From a virus, in IMG/VR virus record IMGVR_UViG_3300010373_000039, positions 1 to 64,000 of that record: a stretch of DNA of 64,000 nucleotides. One strand, 5' to 3'. Numbering within the stretch: the stretch's first letter is position 1; each line of letters starts with the position of its first letter. Position numbers and translations under genes: made by a program. The notes under the pieces are model-generated. The model had not been told where the DNA came from. It worked only from the letters and a program-made list of their open reading frames with translations, and searched no databases. Shown in pieces: positions 28,006 to 37,392 of this stretch.

Positions 28006-28368
28006 ATGCTTTCGTTCATTCCATACGAATTGGATAAAAACCCTTCCGGTGGATACCTTGTACTAACCGCCATGGTGTTGATGTTGGGGGGAAACGGCGT
28101 GATTACCCGACTCCTTCGCTATCGTAGTAAAAATCTGCTTTCCACTAACGAAACGATCCAAAAACTGTTGATACGTATGGGGGCGCTGGAAACCAAGGTA
28201 GATTTACTCAAGGATCAATTGGAAGAGGAACGAAAAATCCACATTGAGGAATTGACCCGGTGGCGTCGGATTTGTAGCAAGCTTCGGTCGCAATTGGAAA
28301 CCGCCCAAAAACGCATAGCCGAGTTGCTAGCCGAGAACGAAAGCCTGCGGGGAATGAAAAAGGACTGA
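28006..28368 (+). CDS. single-TM coiled-coil protein (possible lysis accessory)
   Basis: GGAGG RBS; TM helix then heptad coiled coil. Confidence 0.6.
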   Translation: MLSFIPYELDKNPSGGYLVLTAMVLMLGGNGVITRLLRYRSKNLLSTNETIQKLLIRMGALETKVDLLKDQLEEERKIHIEELTRWRRICSKLRSQLETAQKRIAELLAENESLRGMKKD

Positions 28369-28370
28369 CC

Positions 28371-29480
28371 ATGCTGCGATTTATTTGTAACGTATTTTTT
28401 GCGGTCATGTTCGCGTTGACCGCCGACGCCCAAACGACCCAACCGTTTGCCCAGCAACTTGGTTCGCTGGGCAATTCCATTGATGCGATCGTCGCGGCCA
28501 AGAACCAACAAATCACCGCATTGCAATTGCAAAACGCCACGCTGGCCGATCAGGTCGCGGCGTCGTTAAAATTGCAGGCATTGCCGGACGGCACCGATCT
28601 TACGCCGATCCTATCCAATCCGATTTCCGGGCAGTTGGTGGTGTTGAAGGAGGATGGTAGCTATCCGGTCCTTCACCCGACTATCAGCGCCACTAAGGTA
28701 GTTTTGGGGTTCAATTCCACCCTAAGCATGGTGTCGGTCAATCCCGGTGGTACGGGGATCGGTATTCGTGCCCCCAATTGCGTGTTTTCGGGGTTGAATC
28801 TGATCGGTAACGTGACCGCGTTCCATGTGTGGGCGGCGCACGCCCAAATCAATAACTGCCGTTTTGACAAATCGATTGCGGTAGGCATTCAAACCGATGT
28901 TGGTGGTGATAGTACGACCATCGACGGTTGCAATTTTGGGATTACCCAGGCCCAGGGCATTTACGCCACCGCCGACAATCTTACGATCATCAACAGCTTT
29001 TTTGCCGGGTCGGTGGGGGAACACCCCATCCGGGTCGATAAAAACAGTACCACGGGGCATCGACCCAATAACATCTTGATCGCTAATTGCAGCATCACCA
29101 ACCACAATATTTATGGGAAGGAGGCAATTGCTCTTCGAGAATGTGATTTAGTTACATTGCATAATTTGGTGGTTGATGGTTGGGTCCGTCCGGGCAACGT
29201 CATAGGCAACCCTGATTCGACGGTGCATTGCAGCGATTTGATTATCCACGGGTTGACCTTCGCCTCGCTTCGCCCGGGGGGTTCCCTTTTGCAAATTGAG
29301 CACGATGTAAACTCGGTAATCAGCGACATTTCCGGACCAGGAAGCTTAACCGATCCGCTGATTAGTAATCAGGTCCGTTCGGTACTGTCGATCCACAACG
29401 GGTCTTTGATAGGGAATCCTCCACCGGGCAAACAATGGTTTCCGATGATTAGTGGTCCCGGCGCTGCTAACGCGATTTAA
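28371..29480 (+). CDS. signal-peptide parallel beta-helix (pectin lyase-fold) protein
   Basis: Sec-like signal ending ADA-Q, short coiled coil, repeats such as AQINNCRF, TIDGCNF, ILIANCSI. Confidence 0.7.
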   Translation: MLRFICNVFFAVMFALTADAQTTQPFAQQLGSLGNSIDAIVAAKNQQITALQLQNATLADQVAASLKLQALPDGTDLTPILSNPISGQLVVLKEDGSYPVLHPTISATKVVLGFNSTLSMVSVNPGGTGIGIRAPNCVFSGLNLIGNVTAFHVWAAHAQINNCRFDKSIAVGIQTDVGGDSTTIDGCNFGITQAQGIYATADNLTIINSFFAGSVGEHPIRVDKNSTTGHRPNNILIANCSITNHNIYGKEAIALRECDLVTLHNLVVDGWVRPGNVIGNPDSTVHCSDLIIHGLTFASLRPGGSLLQIEHDVNSVISDISGPGSLTDPLISNQVRSVLSIHNGSLIGNPPPGKQWFPMISGPGAANAI

Positions 29481-29492
29481 GGTGGTGACGTA

Positions 29493-29921
29493 ATGCCCCG
29501 TAAAACGACCGCAAAACCGTTGACCGAGGAACAAAGGAAATTGGCGTCCAATGTGGAAAAACTGGTTAATTACTTTGTGAGTAAAAACCCACGGCCCCGT
29601 TATCTGACGCCCGACGATTACCGGGCCGAGTTGTACCTGGCGGTGGTTCGTCGGTCATCGCAGTTTGATCCTAAAAAGGGAACGTTTGACACGTGGGCGT
29701 ACCGGGCGATGGAACAACGATTGAAAGGGTTGCACTATGCGGCGTACCAAAAGGCAACATATCGGGTTGGCAAAGAACGACATTTTAGAGAGGTCCGGGT
29801 GTTTTTCGTCGATGCGAAACTTTTCGATGTGTCTAGGTTCCGTCGTATTGATGGTGTCTATTACGGCAGTATTCGCAACACCGCAAGCCGTGGCCTCCGT
29901 AAGCTACAATGTGATGATTGA
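29493..29921 (+). CDS. sigma-70 family region-2-only protein
   Basis: LTEEQ.KL...KLV, DDY.AE..LAV.R....FDPKKGTFDTWAY..M; no region-4 HTH. Confidence 0.7.
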   Translation: MPRKTTAKPLTEEQRKLASNVEKLVNYFVSKNPRPRYLTPDDYRAELYLAVVRRSSQFDPKKGTFDTWAYRAMEQRLKGLHYAAYQKATYRVGKERHFREVRVFFVDAKLFDVSRFRRIDGVYYGSIRNTASRGLRKLQCDD

Positions 29922-30465
29922 CACCACCAATCTTCCCACCGCCCGGGATTACACGGTTCAATTCTACTTGACCAATTCCGACGCTACGGACAATTGGAGT
30001 CGGATCGTTCAACCCGACAGCTTTTCAATCGATGGTGATTTGTATCGGGACAATACCCACTACTATGCTGATCAACCAACCCTTGATCCGGTGCCAGCGC
30101 CAATCCCAATCAATTTCTACTTAACCCTCAACGGCGCTGCTGGAAGCAATGATGTCTTTTTGATGTCGATCCGGACCCCCGATGGGATTATCGCCGGTCC
30201 GGATGGAAGCGATTGGTTGGCGTGGGCGTCGATGGACACCGATTCGCCGGTTCTTAATTTTGACATGCCGGCCGGGGTGTCAATGACATCGGCCATTGTT
30301 CCCGAAACATCGTCGGCAATTTTGATGTTGGCGGGGATCGGCATCATCCTTTTGCTGCGTTCGCGCCGTCCAAAGGAACATGTCCGATGGATAACCAACC
30401 GTCCTTCAAATTTCATCCGCAAGTACGCGAATAACTATCCGGATTGTCCCCCGCGTCGTCGATAG
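29812..30465 (+). CDS. PEP-CTERM sorting-domain protein
   Basis: Signal peptide, SYNVMIDTTNL, C-terminal VPETSS + hydrophobic helix + RSRR. Confidence 0.75.
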   Translation: MRNFSMCLGSVVLMVSITAVFATPQAVASVSYNVMIDTTNLPTARDYTVQFYLTNSDATDNWSRIVQPDSFSIDGDLYRDNTHYYADQPTLDPVPAPIPINFYLTLNGAAGSNDVFLMSIRTPDGIIAGPDGSDWLAWASMDTDSPVLNFDMPAGVSMTSAIVPETSSAILMLAGIGIILLLRSRRPKEHVRWITNRPSNFIRKYANNYPDCPPRRR

Positions 30466-30479
30466 GCAGGGTTTTACCA

Positions 30480-33400
30480 ATGAAGCACACACGATTTCTT
30501 GTTTCGTTTGTTTTGGCCGTTGCATCCATGGCCGGCGGCGCATTTGGTGCCGTAGGCGATGTCACGCAATGCATTATTGACAAAAGCGCATTTGTCGCGT
30601 TTTTGAAGATTAGTGGTGTTTCTCCGGGTGGAACGTATGTCCCGACAAATGCCACCTTTACCGTCACGTCGATGGGGTTCGACAACACCGGTGCCGCGAC
30701 TACCAAAACGCGCACGTTGACCGGTGGCCACCAAATGCTTTGCCCGACCGGCGATGGCTCAATCGCTATGTCGAAGGTGCAGATTGGTCCGGTAACCGGT
30801 GGTATTTTTGTCGATGGTGACACGGTAACACAGGCCGGTGGCGCTACGGCGGTGGTAGACAGCAATTCCCCGTGCAGCCCTCTATTGCTTCGAAATATCA
30901 CCGGAACACCGAACCTAGGCGCATGGACCGACAGTACCACCGGCGCTACGGCTACGCCCACAACCACACCCACCGTCTATACCGGCTCGCCCGTTCGCGA
31001 GGGTGTGGACGGCTTCGATCTATGGATTGCGATTAGTCTTAGTGACCCGGTTTATCAAAAGGACAACACCGGTGGGGGCAACAGTGGCACCGCCCCGACC
31101 GTCACAACCACCGCCGGTCTTTATAATGACGGCACCCATAACTCCAACGCCGTCACGGCCCTGACATGCACTAACGATTCCACCCTCGCCTATCCAAAGG
31201 CCCTTGCGCATTGGGCGGTGGTTGGTGGTCAGAGGTTTAATGCCCCCATTGATATTGAGGTAATCGGCGTTCAAAAGTTTGCCGGGAATCAAGAGCCCCT
31301 GGCCTGCGTCATTATCTCGGGTGCTGATGCACATTCCCATACGACTACCGCCACGCTTACATCAATGGTCCTTAGTGCGGCGGATAATGTCCCGGTTTAT
31401 AAAACCGTGGCCGATCCGACCAGCTTCACGCAGCTTGATCGCGTTAATTACAACTTCAAAGCATATCCCAATATTGGCGATTCCAGTTGCGTGGTCGATA
31501 CGTCCGGGGGCGCGGCATGGCCACAGTTTAATGCGACGGGGAACCCGGCCTTAGGTCCAATCACCTTTACCGACAATCAGGCCAATGCACAGATTTATCC
31601 GGTAGCGGTGGTCGATTCGACCAGCAACATTACCGGGACGCTTGGTGGAACGGGAACCTTCGCCGATCACGAGCACCTTACCCAACCAAACACTGGCGCT
31701 ACGGCTTGGGTTATTGGTGCGCAAAGTAGTAGTCCGATCAAGGTTTCAAATATTATCGGAAGTCCTGATGGCACCGTTTGGAACGGGACCAGCGCAAGCA
31801 TCACCCCGACCGGACCTCCGACCGCGAACGCCGCCGGTGGGACGGTCTATAAGGACGCAAGCCTTGTTCCTGGAAGTCCCGGAACCTATGCCAGTTTGTC
31901 GGTCGCAGCGGCAAATTTAGCAGCTTACAACAACACAAATAATGGACATAACGATCCGGGTAATGGCACAATCTGGATGACCGAGCAGGCCTACCACACC
32001 GGGGACACTACCTCGGCGTTTGTTTGCTCGGATTGGTTGACGATCACCCGCAAACCCGGCCTTGCGACCGGCAAGGCGGTTATCATCGGTTACCTTAGCT
32101 TAGACCAGCTAGGACCGACACTCGATCGTTACTATGACCTCGATTTTGCACCGGTAGATGACTATTGTGTTTCGGACAATTGGGGCGTCTGGTTCGATCA
32201 CGATCGGTTTGATGGTACAGCGCACGCTAATGCCCAACCGTCATTTCAGGCGGCGCATCTTGTAACTACCAATTGCACCTTCTCTAATGGATTTCGTCTT
32301 TGTGCCTATGTTTTCAGCACCGGCAATTGGCCCTACATCACCCGAAATAATACCTCGGATCGTGGCGCGGTGATGGCCGGTCTTGTTTGCGCCGGCAATA
32401 CGTTGGTGCAGGGATCGGGGGAAACCGGCTCAACCGCTGCTATAGTGCAGGATACCGCGATCTATATCAACAACACATACCGGATTTACGGTGTGTTTGT
32501 CCAAACCGCGCCCACATTGCCCACGGGAATAGCGTTCATCAACAACCTGGTGGAGAAGGTTGGCACCGATACCCAAACCGCCACGGCGATGTGGGCCGAT
32601 GGTGTGACCGTCGATGCCGAACAGGTAATTTGGTGGTACAACACGGTTGTCGGAGAGCGAAGTAATACCGGGTACAATGATAAGACGCCCGCCAGTTTGC
32701 GAACCAATTGGAGCTACATTGGCAATAGTTGTGATTGGATTCCGACCAAGCACGACATATTCAACCAGGGAACGGGTGGTGAGGGCCCTAATCCAACACG
32801 AATCAAGGGGTGGCCGGTAAACTATGGCGTAGGTTTTCATCACAACCACTCGGTTCAGGCGGATGGCGGTACTTTCGCACCGATCTATTTTGGTGTGGAT
32901 GGAACCCGCCAATCGTCGGCCGGATACACCCTAAACGCGAGCGAATCGGGGACAAATGCGGGGGGCGGCAACTACACCCCCGCCGTGGGATCGACCCTGA
33001 TTGGCCGTATTCCATTCGCAGAGCAACCGATTGCGTTTGACCGTGCCGGGAACACCCGTAGCACCTCTTCGACGGCCGTAGGGGCGTTTGCGGCCCAAAG
33101 TGAATTGATTGCCACCGCGTTTGAAATATCCGGTGGCGCAACCGCGACCCCGGGCGTTTCCTATCTAGGCTCGGTCACCCCCAACGGCCCGCTTCCATCC
33201 GGTGAAACGGTTGTCGTAACCGACGATTTGGGTAACACAATTGCCACGCTTACCTTTGCCAATGGATCATCGACCGGTCAAAACTTTAATTGGACCCCCA
33301 CCAACGCACAATCGGGTTCGCGGACCCTGACCGCAACGGCAACCCCGGCATTGGGAAGCCCGCCGACGATGAGCGTTGGGGTTGCCGCCGTTGCACCGAC

Positions 33401-33968
33401 ACTAAGTGCCGGCGGATCGGTGGGAACCATTTCCCTTTCATGGGGCGCAATAACCGGCGCGGCGACCTATAACGTCTACCGTGGAACGACCCCGGGTGGG
33501 GAATCGGGAACGCCGGTGGCCACCGGGATTACCGGGACCACCTACAACGATACCGGGTTGTCGCCTAGCGCTACCTTCTATTACACGGTTAAATCGGTGA
33601 ACACGGGTGGAACCTCATCGTCATCGAATGAGGTAATCGCCACGACCGTGGCAAGGAAATTATCCGCGATTCCCGGCGCGGTGAAAACCAACGGAACAAA
33701 TATTGTCGTTACCTTAGTGGACAATTACGCAACCACGTTCACGACCGGAACGCCCGGATCACCCACGGTCACCGTGACGGGCGCTACCAAGGTAGGTCAA
33801 CAGGTAACGGCAAACAACCAAATCAAGGTTACAATCAATACGGGTGGGGTGGGAACCGTCACGTTCGATCCGGGAACCGGATTTACCGCAACCGTTTTGA
33901 TTAGTAACAGCGGCCTTCGCGATCGAAGGACGGACCCGTTTGGAAACATCAGGCATCGACCATTTTAG
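30480..33968 (+). CDS. large Thr/Gly-rich protein with signal peptide, beta-helix, Ig-like and FN3 domains
   Basis: MKHTRFLVSFVLAVASMAGGAFG signal; FN3 LSW....GAATYNVYR...YNDTGL....FYYTVKSVN. Confidence 0.75.
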   Translation: MKHTRFLVSFVLAVASMAGGAFGAVGDVTQCIIDKSAFVAFLKISGVSPGGTYVPTNATFTVTSMGFDNTGAATTKTRTLTGGHQMLCPTGDGSIAMSKVQIGPVTGGIFVDGDTVTQAGGATAVVDSNSPCSPLLLRNITGTPNLGAWTDSTTGATATPTTTPTVYTGSPVREGVDGFDLWIAISLSDPVYQKDNTGGGNSGTAPTVTTTAGLYNDGTHNSNAVTALTCTNDSTLAYPKALAHWAVVGGQRFNAPIDIEVIGVQKFAGNQEPLACVIISGADAHSHTTTATLTSMVLSAADNVPVYKTVADPTSFTQLDRVNYNFKAYPNIGDSSCVVDTSGGAAWPQFNATGNPALGPITFTDNQANAQIYPVAVVDSTSNITGTLGGTGTFADHEHLTQPNTGATAWVIGAQSSSPIKVSNIIGSPDGTVWNGTSASITPTGPPTANAAGGTVYKDASLVPGSPGTYASLSVAAANLAAYNNTNNGHNDPGNGTIWMTEQAYHTGDTTSAFVCSDWLTITRKPGLATGKAVIIGYLSLDQLGPTLDRYYDLDFAPVDDYCVSDNWGVWFDHDRFDGTAHANAQPSFQAAHLVTTNCTFSNGFRLCAYVFSTGNWPYITRNNTSDRGAVMAGLVCAGNTLVQGSGETGSTAAIVQDTAIYINNTYRIYGVFVQTAPTLPTGIAFINNLVEKVGTDTQTATAMWADGVTVDAEQVIWWYNTVVGERSNTGYNDKTPASLRTNWSYIGNSCDWIPTKHDIFNQGTGGEGPNPTRIKGWPVNYGVGFHHNHSVQADGGTFAPIYFGVDGTRQSSAGYTLNASESGTNAGGGNYTPAVGSTLIGRIPFAEQPIAFDRAGNTRSTSSTAVGAFAAQSELIATAFEISGGATATPGVSYLGSVTPNGPLPSGETVVVTDDLGNTIATLTFANGSSTGQNFNWTPTNAQSGSRTLTATATPALGSPPTMSVGVAAVAPTLSAGGSVGTISLSWGAITGAATYNVYRGTTPGGESGTPVATGITGTTYNDTGLSPSATFYYTVKSVNTGGTSSSSNEVIATTVARKLSAIPGAVKTNGTNIVVTLVDNYATTFTTGTPGSPTVTVTGATKVGQQVTANNQIKVTINTGGVGTVTFDPGTGFTATVLISNSGLRDRRTDPFGNIRHRPF

Positions 33969-33977
33969 GAGGATACT

Positions 33978-34493
33978 GTGGATACGATTGTTCAAACAAC
34001 ATTGGTGGACGGTTTCAAACGTTTGTTTGCGACGGATGTAACCACCACGAACAATTTTCCGGTGGCCACCACGCAGGAACCGAGCGGTGACGGTGTTTTC
34101 GTCATCGGTGAGGGGGATGGGATAACCAGCGGGGCCAACGCGGCGTTGCTGGCATTTTTCGGCACCGGCTCGGCTACGCAAACCGCAACCGCCAAATTGG
34201 TGGGGTGGCGCAAAATCGATCAATTGTGGGTGCCGATCCAATTTCTGAGTTTGAATTTGGCGCTGGGATCGGGCGCGGCGGTCAACCATCCGGACCTGCA
34301 AACCGGTGTGGGTGAAATCCTTGTCGATACGATCACGGCGGTGGCGTCGTTGACGATGGCCGATGAAATCGTCAGCCCGGCGGATGGAACCCTGGCATAC
34401 GTCAAGTGTGACATCATCGGGTGTCACAAATACCAGGTTGTGTTGTCCAAGGGAACGGCGACCTCGATCAATTGTCTGGCCGGCGCGTTCTAA
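33978..34493 (+). CDS. putative virion structural protein
   Basis: AGGAGG RBS; beta-rich; position between capsid and neck genes. Confidence 0.55.
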   Translation: MDTIVQTTLVDGFKRLFATDVTTTNNFPVATTQEPSGDGVFVIGEGDGITSGANAALLAFFGTGSATQTATAKLVGWRKIDQLWVPIQFLSLNLALGSGAAVNHPDLQTGVGEILVDTITAVASLTMADEIVSPADGTLAYVKCDIIGCHKYQVVLSKGTATSINCLAGAF

Positions 34494-34505
34494 AAACGGT
34501 GAAAC

Positions 34506-35201
34506 ATGAAACGCCAACTTAATTCCACCAATCACCCCATCGGATTTTATATGGTCCTATCCGATGGGGTGACGCCGGCCACCGGCAAAACGGTTACCCT
34601 GAACATCATTAAGAATGGGACAGGGGGCGGTGCGTCTGCGACGGGGGCCATAACCGAATTGGATGCCGTCAACAATCCGGGTTGGTACACGTGGACCGGC
34701 AATGGCACCGATCGAAACACGGTTGGTGACATCCTGTGTTCGGCCACGGCCGCCGGATGCAACACAACCACGTTCACGGTGGGGATCGTCAATTACGATC
34801 CGTTCAATCAATCGCAGGTTGCGGTGTTGGTTACCCAATCCCTGTTGACCAATATGGCGACCACGACGGGGGGAACCGTCATTCCCATTTCGGTGTTCCA
34901 AAACACCCAGGTGAATTTGGCGTTTAAGGTGGTGGACGCATCCAATAACCCGGTCAATTTGAACGGGGATTCGGTAGAATTCTTGATCCATAACGTCAAC
35001 GCGTCCACCGCGACCGCCACGATTGCGGCGACCCTTAGCCAATCCGATCCCTCGGGGCATCCGGGGGTGTATGACACGGTGAACGTTTCGATTGCGCCGG
35101 CAAACACGGCGACTAACGGCAATTTCATGTACAAGGTGCGGGATACGACCGCCAACGCGATTTACGCCAGCGGATCGTTCAACGTCATTGTCTCGCCCTG
35201 A
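34506..35201 (+). CDS. putative virion protein (two beta-sandwich domains)
   Basis: SDGVTPATG...ITELD...PGWY; BppU-like C-terminal pattern. Confidence 0.55.
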   Translation: MKRQLNSTNHPIGFYMVLSDGVTPATGKTVTLNIIKNGTGGGASATGAITELDAVNNPGWYTWTGNGTDRNTVGDILCSATAAGCNTTTFTVGIVNYDPFNQSQVAVLVTQSLLTNMATTTGGTVIPISVFQNTQVNLAFKVVDASNNPVNLNGDSVEFLIHNVNASTATATIAATLSQSDPSGHPGVYDTVNVSIAPANTATNGNFMYKVRDTTANAIYASGSFNVIVSP

Positions 35202-35205
35202 TCCC

Positions 35206-35239
35206 TACGTTGGAAGGTGGATTGAGTCGGGTTATAAAT
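35206..35239 (+). promoter_or_regulatory. TACGTTG-class promoter (neck/tail operon)
   Basis: TACG-TTGGAA, 17 nt, TATAAAT; intergenic. Confidence 0.7.
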
Positions 35240-35288
35240 CGGCTTCGTTTTTCAAACAACCGCCCTTTGGGCAAAAGGAGAGTGTCCG

Positions 35289-35471
35289 ATGAGTTTCGAG
35301 GTGCCAACGGTCAAGGTTCGGTTCAAGGAAACCGGCCACGAATGCAAAATCAACAAGGACGAGTTCGACGAAAACCTTCACGAATTGGTCCGACCCAAGC
35401 TTGCCCGCGCCGAGGACAAAAAGGACGACGGCAAGAAGGACGAAAAGAAGGGTGACGCGGACAAGAAGTAG
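35289..35471 (+). CDS. small phage protein
   Basis: AAGGAG RBS; VPTVKV...IN..EFD...HEL. Confidence 0.7.
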   Translation: MSFEVPTVKVRFKETGHECKINKDEFDENLHELVRPKLARAEDKKDDGKKDEKKGDADKK

Positions 35472-35491
35472 TCCCGCGCTGAAAGGCCCAA

Positions 35492-36025
35492 ATGAGCGTG
35501 ACGCTGATTGCCACCGATGGTTCGCCGCAGGCCAACGCATATTGCGACGTGGCCTACGCCGATAATTTCCTGACCACCCAACGCCCGTTTGTGGGTACGG
35601 AGTGGACGGGCCTGACCACGGATCAAAAGGCGACATTGCTCATTTGGGCCACCACCTATTTGGATGACATGGTGGATTGGAACGGGTACAAGGCAACCCG
35701 TGACCAAGCATTGCGATGGCCGCGTTCGGGTGTCTACGATCCGGATGGGTTTTACGTGGACAAATCCACCGTGCCCGATCGCATCCGCCAATGGACGGCG
35801 GAAACCGCGTGGGAGTATTCTAAGGTAAACCGCCAGGCCGAACCGACGGCGCTGGGACAGGGGATTACCGATGTCACGGTGGGACCGATCCGGGTCAAAA
35901 TTGATCCGAACATGCAACTACCCTATTTCCCGCCCTATCTAGCCACCAAGATTTCCCGCTACGGAATCCTCATCGCCGAGGGCGGTCCGGGCGCGTTCAC
36001 CATGGCCCGATTGCTTCGCGTGTAA
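35492..36025 (+). CDS. head-tail adaptor (DnaT-like family)
   Basis: ANAYCDVAYADNF, LI.AT.YLD, QALRWPR. Confidence 0.85.
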   Translation: MSVTLIATDGSPQANAYCDVAYADNFLTTQRPFVGTEWTGLTTDQKATLLIWATTYLDDMVDWNGYKATRDQALRWPRSGVYDPDGFYVDKSTVPDRIRQWTAETAWEYSKVNRQAEPTALGQGITDVTVGPIRVKIDPNMQLPYFPPYLATKISRYGILIAEGGPGAFTMARLLRV

Positions 36026-36028
36026 CCT

Positions 36029-36403
36029 ATGGGTGTCCTCGATAAACCACTTTTGTCGATTGTTCAAAGGGTGTTGAAATCCTTCGGTGGAACGTGCGTA
36101 CTTAAACAGGTCAACAATGGATCGTTTGATCCCCGGACCGACCAGCAAAATTCCCAAACGGTCCAAACATGGACCCTCCCATGCTCGCCGCCCTACCCGT
36201 TCGACGTGAAATTGATTGACAACACGATTGTTAAGGTCGGTGATTTCAAATTGTTGGTGTCGGTATCCGCCGCAACACCCCCCGTGGTGCCGGACATCCA
36301 CATGAACATTATCCGCAATAACCGCGAGTACAGCATCATTCGCGTGTCCCCCATCAATTCCGGGGATCAGGACGTTTGCTATGAATTGCATTGCCGGGGG
36401 TGA
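36029..36403 (+). CDS. head closure protein
   Basis: Gene order; FG...L....G.FDP, IDNTIVKVGD. Confidence 0.7.
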   Translation: MGVLDKPLLSIVQRVLKSFGGTCVLKQVNNGSFDPRTDQQNSQTVQTWTLPCSPPYPFDVKLIDNTIVKVGDFKLLVSVSAATPPVVPDIHMNIIRNNREYSIIRVSPINSGDQDVCYELHCRG

Positions 36404-36406
36404 TGC

Positions 36407-36862
36407 ATGAGCAGCGCCGGCACGTTTAGCGCGGACATTACTAAATGGGTTATGGCGGTCCAAATCGATTTGGACCAGTTGGTTCGCAAGATTGCCCTTG
36501 ATGCCTACGCCGGGTTGATCCTTCGTTCCCCGGTGGACACCGGGAGGTTCCGGGCATCGTGGCGAATCTCGGTCGGTAGTATTGATTCGTCGGTTGAGCC
36601 GGATCGTGGCACCGCACCCTCGCAATACAAGGGCATGGGCGGATCGGTGCCACCGGACTCGGCCGAAATGGCCTATGCGTTGGGCAAAATCGCCAGTGCC
36701 CAATTTGGTGACATGATTATCTATCTCACCAATTCATTGGACTACGCCCAAGAATTAGAGGACGGTTATTCACAGCAAGCGCCGGCGGGAGTGTTGGCCC
36801 TGACGTTTATTGAGATCGTGAATAAATTGAACAACGCCATTCGACAAATGCAAGGATACTAG
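36407..36862 (+). CDS. HK97 gp10-like tail completion protein
   Basis: SPVDTGRFRASW, NSLDYAQELEDGYSQQAPAG. Confidence 0.88.
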   Translation: MSSAGTFSADITKWVMAVQIDLDQLVRKIALDAYAGLILRSPVDTGRFRASWRISVGSIDSSVEPDRGTAPSQYKGMGGSVPPDSAEMAYALGKIASAQFGDMIIYLTNSLDYAQELEDGYSQQAPAGVLALTFIEIVNKLNNAIRQMQGY

Positions 36863-36864
36863 CC

Positions 36865-37383
36865 ATGTTGGATACAACCGGAATTCGCCAGGCATTTCGC
36901 AACGTACTGCTGTCAATCCCCATCCTTCCGGGAACCGGGGATAACCACAACGACCGTGTATGTTGGGAAAACATCGATTTCACGCCCCCACAATGCAAAA
37001 AGGATGATCCGACCGGATCGATGTGGGTCCGCGAGGATTATTTAAAGGGATCGGAACCCCAGGTTGCCTATGGGTACGTTGAGCAAACATCTATTATGCA
37101 GTACACTGTCTATTGTCCTGCAGGTAGTGGGACAAAGGATGCCGATGCGCTGGTTAAGGCTATCGGCGATGCGTTTGGTCCGGCCAAGGGACTAACCTCG
37201 ACCGGAATTCCGGGTGTGACGGCGGCAACGCCCTCGGCACAATCCGGAAACCCGATCCAAATTTCGATCGAACAGGTCGATCCAATGTCGGGTCGGGTAA
37301 CGACGGTCAAGAATATCGAAGGAACCTGGTGGGCTACCGGGGTCCGGATTACGTTTCGGGCGTATGGGACGGTAAAGGTTTAG
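36865..37383 (+). CDS. tail terminator protein
   Basis: V.WENIDFTPP, VYCPAGSGT; position before the tail tube. Confidence 0.75.
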   Translation: MLDTTGIRQAFRNVLLSIPILPGTGDNHNDRVCWENIDFTPPQCKKDDPTGSMWVREDYLKGSEPQVAYGYVEQTSIMQYTVYCPAGSGTKDADALVKAIGDAFGPAKGLTSTGIPGVTAATPSAQSGNPIQISIEQVDPMSGRVTTVKNIEGTWWATGVRITFRAYGTVKV

Positions 37384-37392
37384 GGAGCAATC

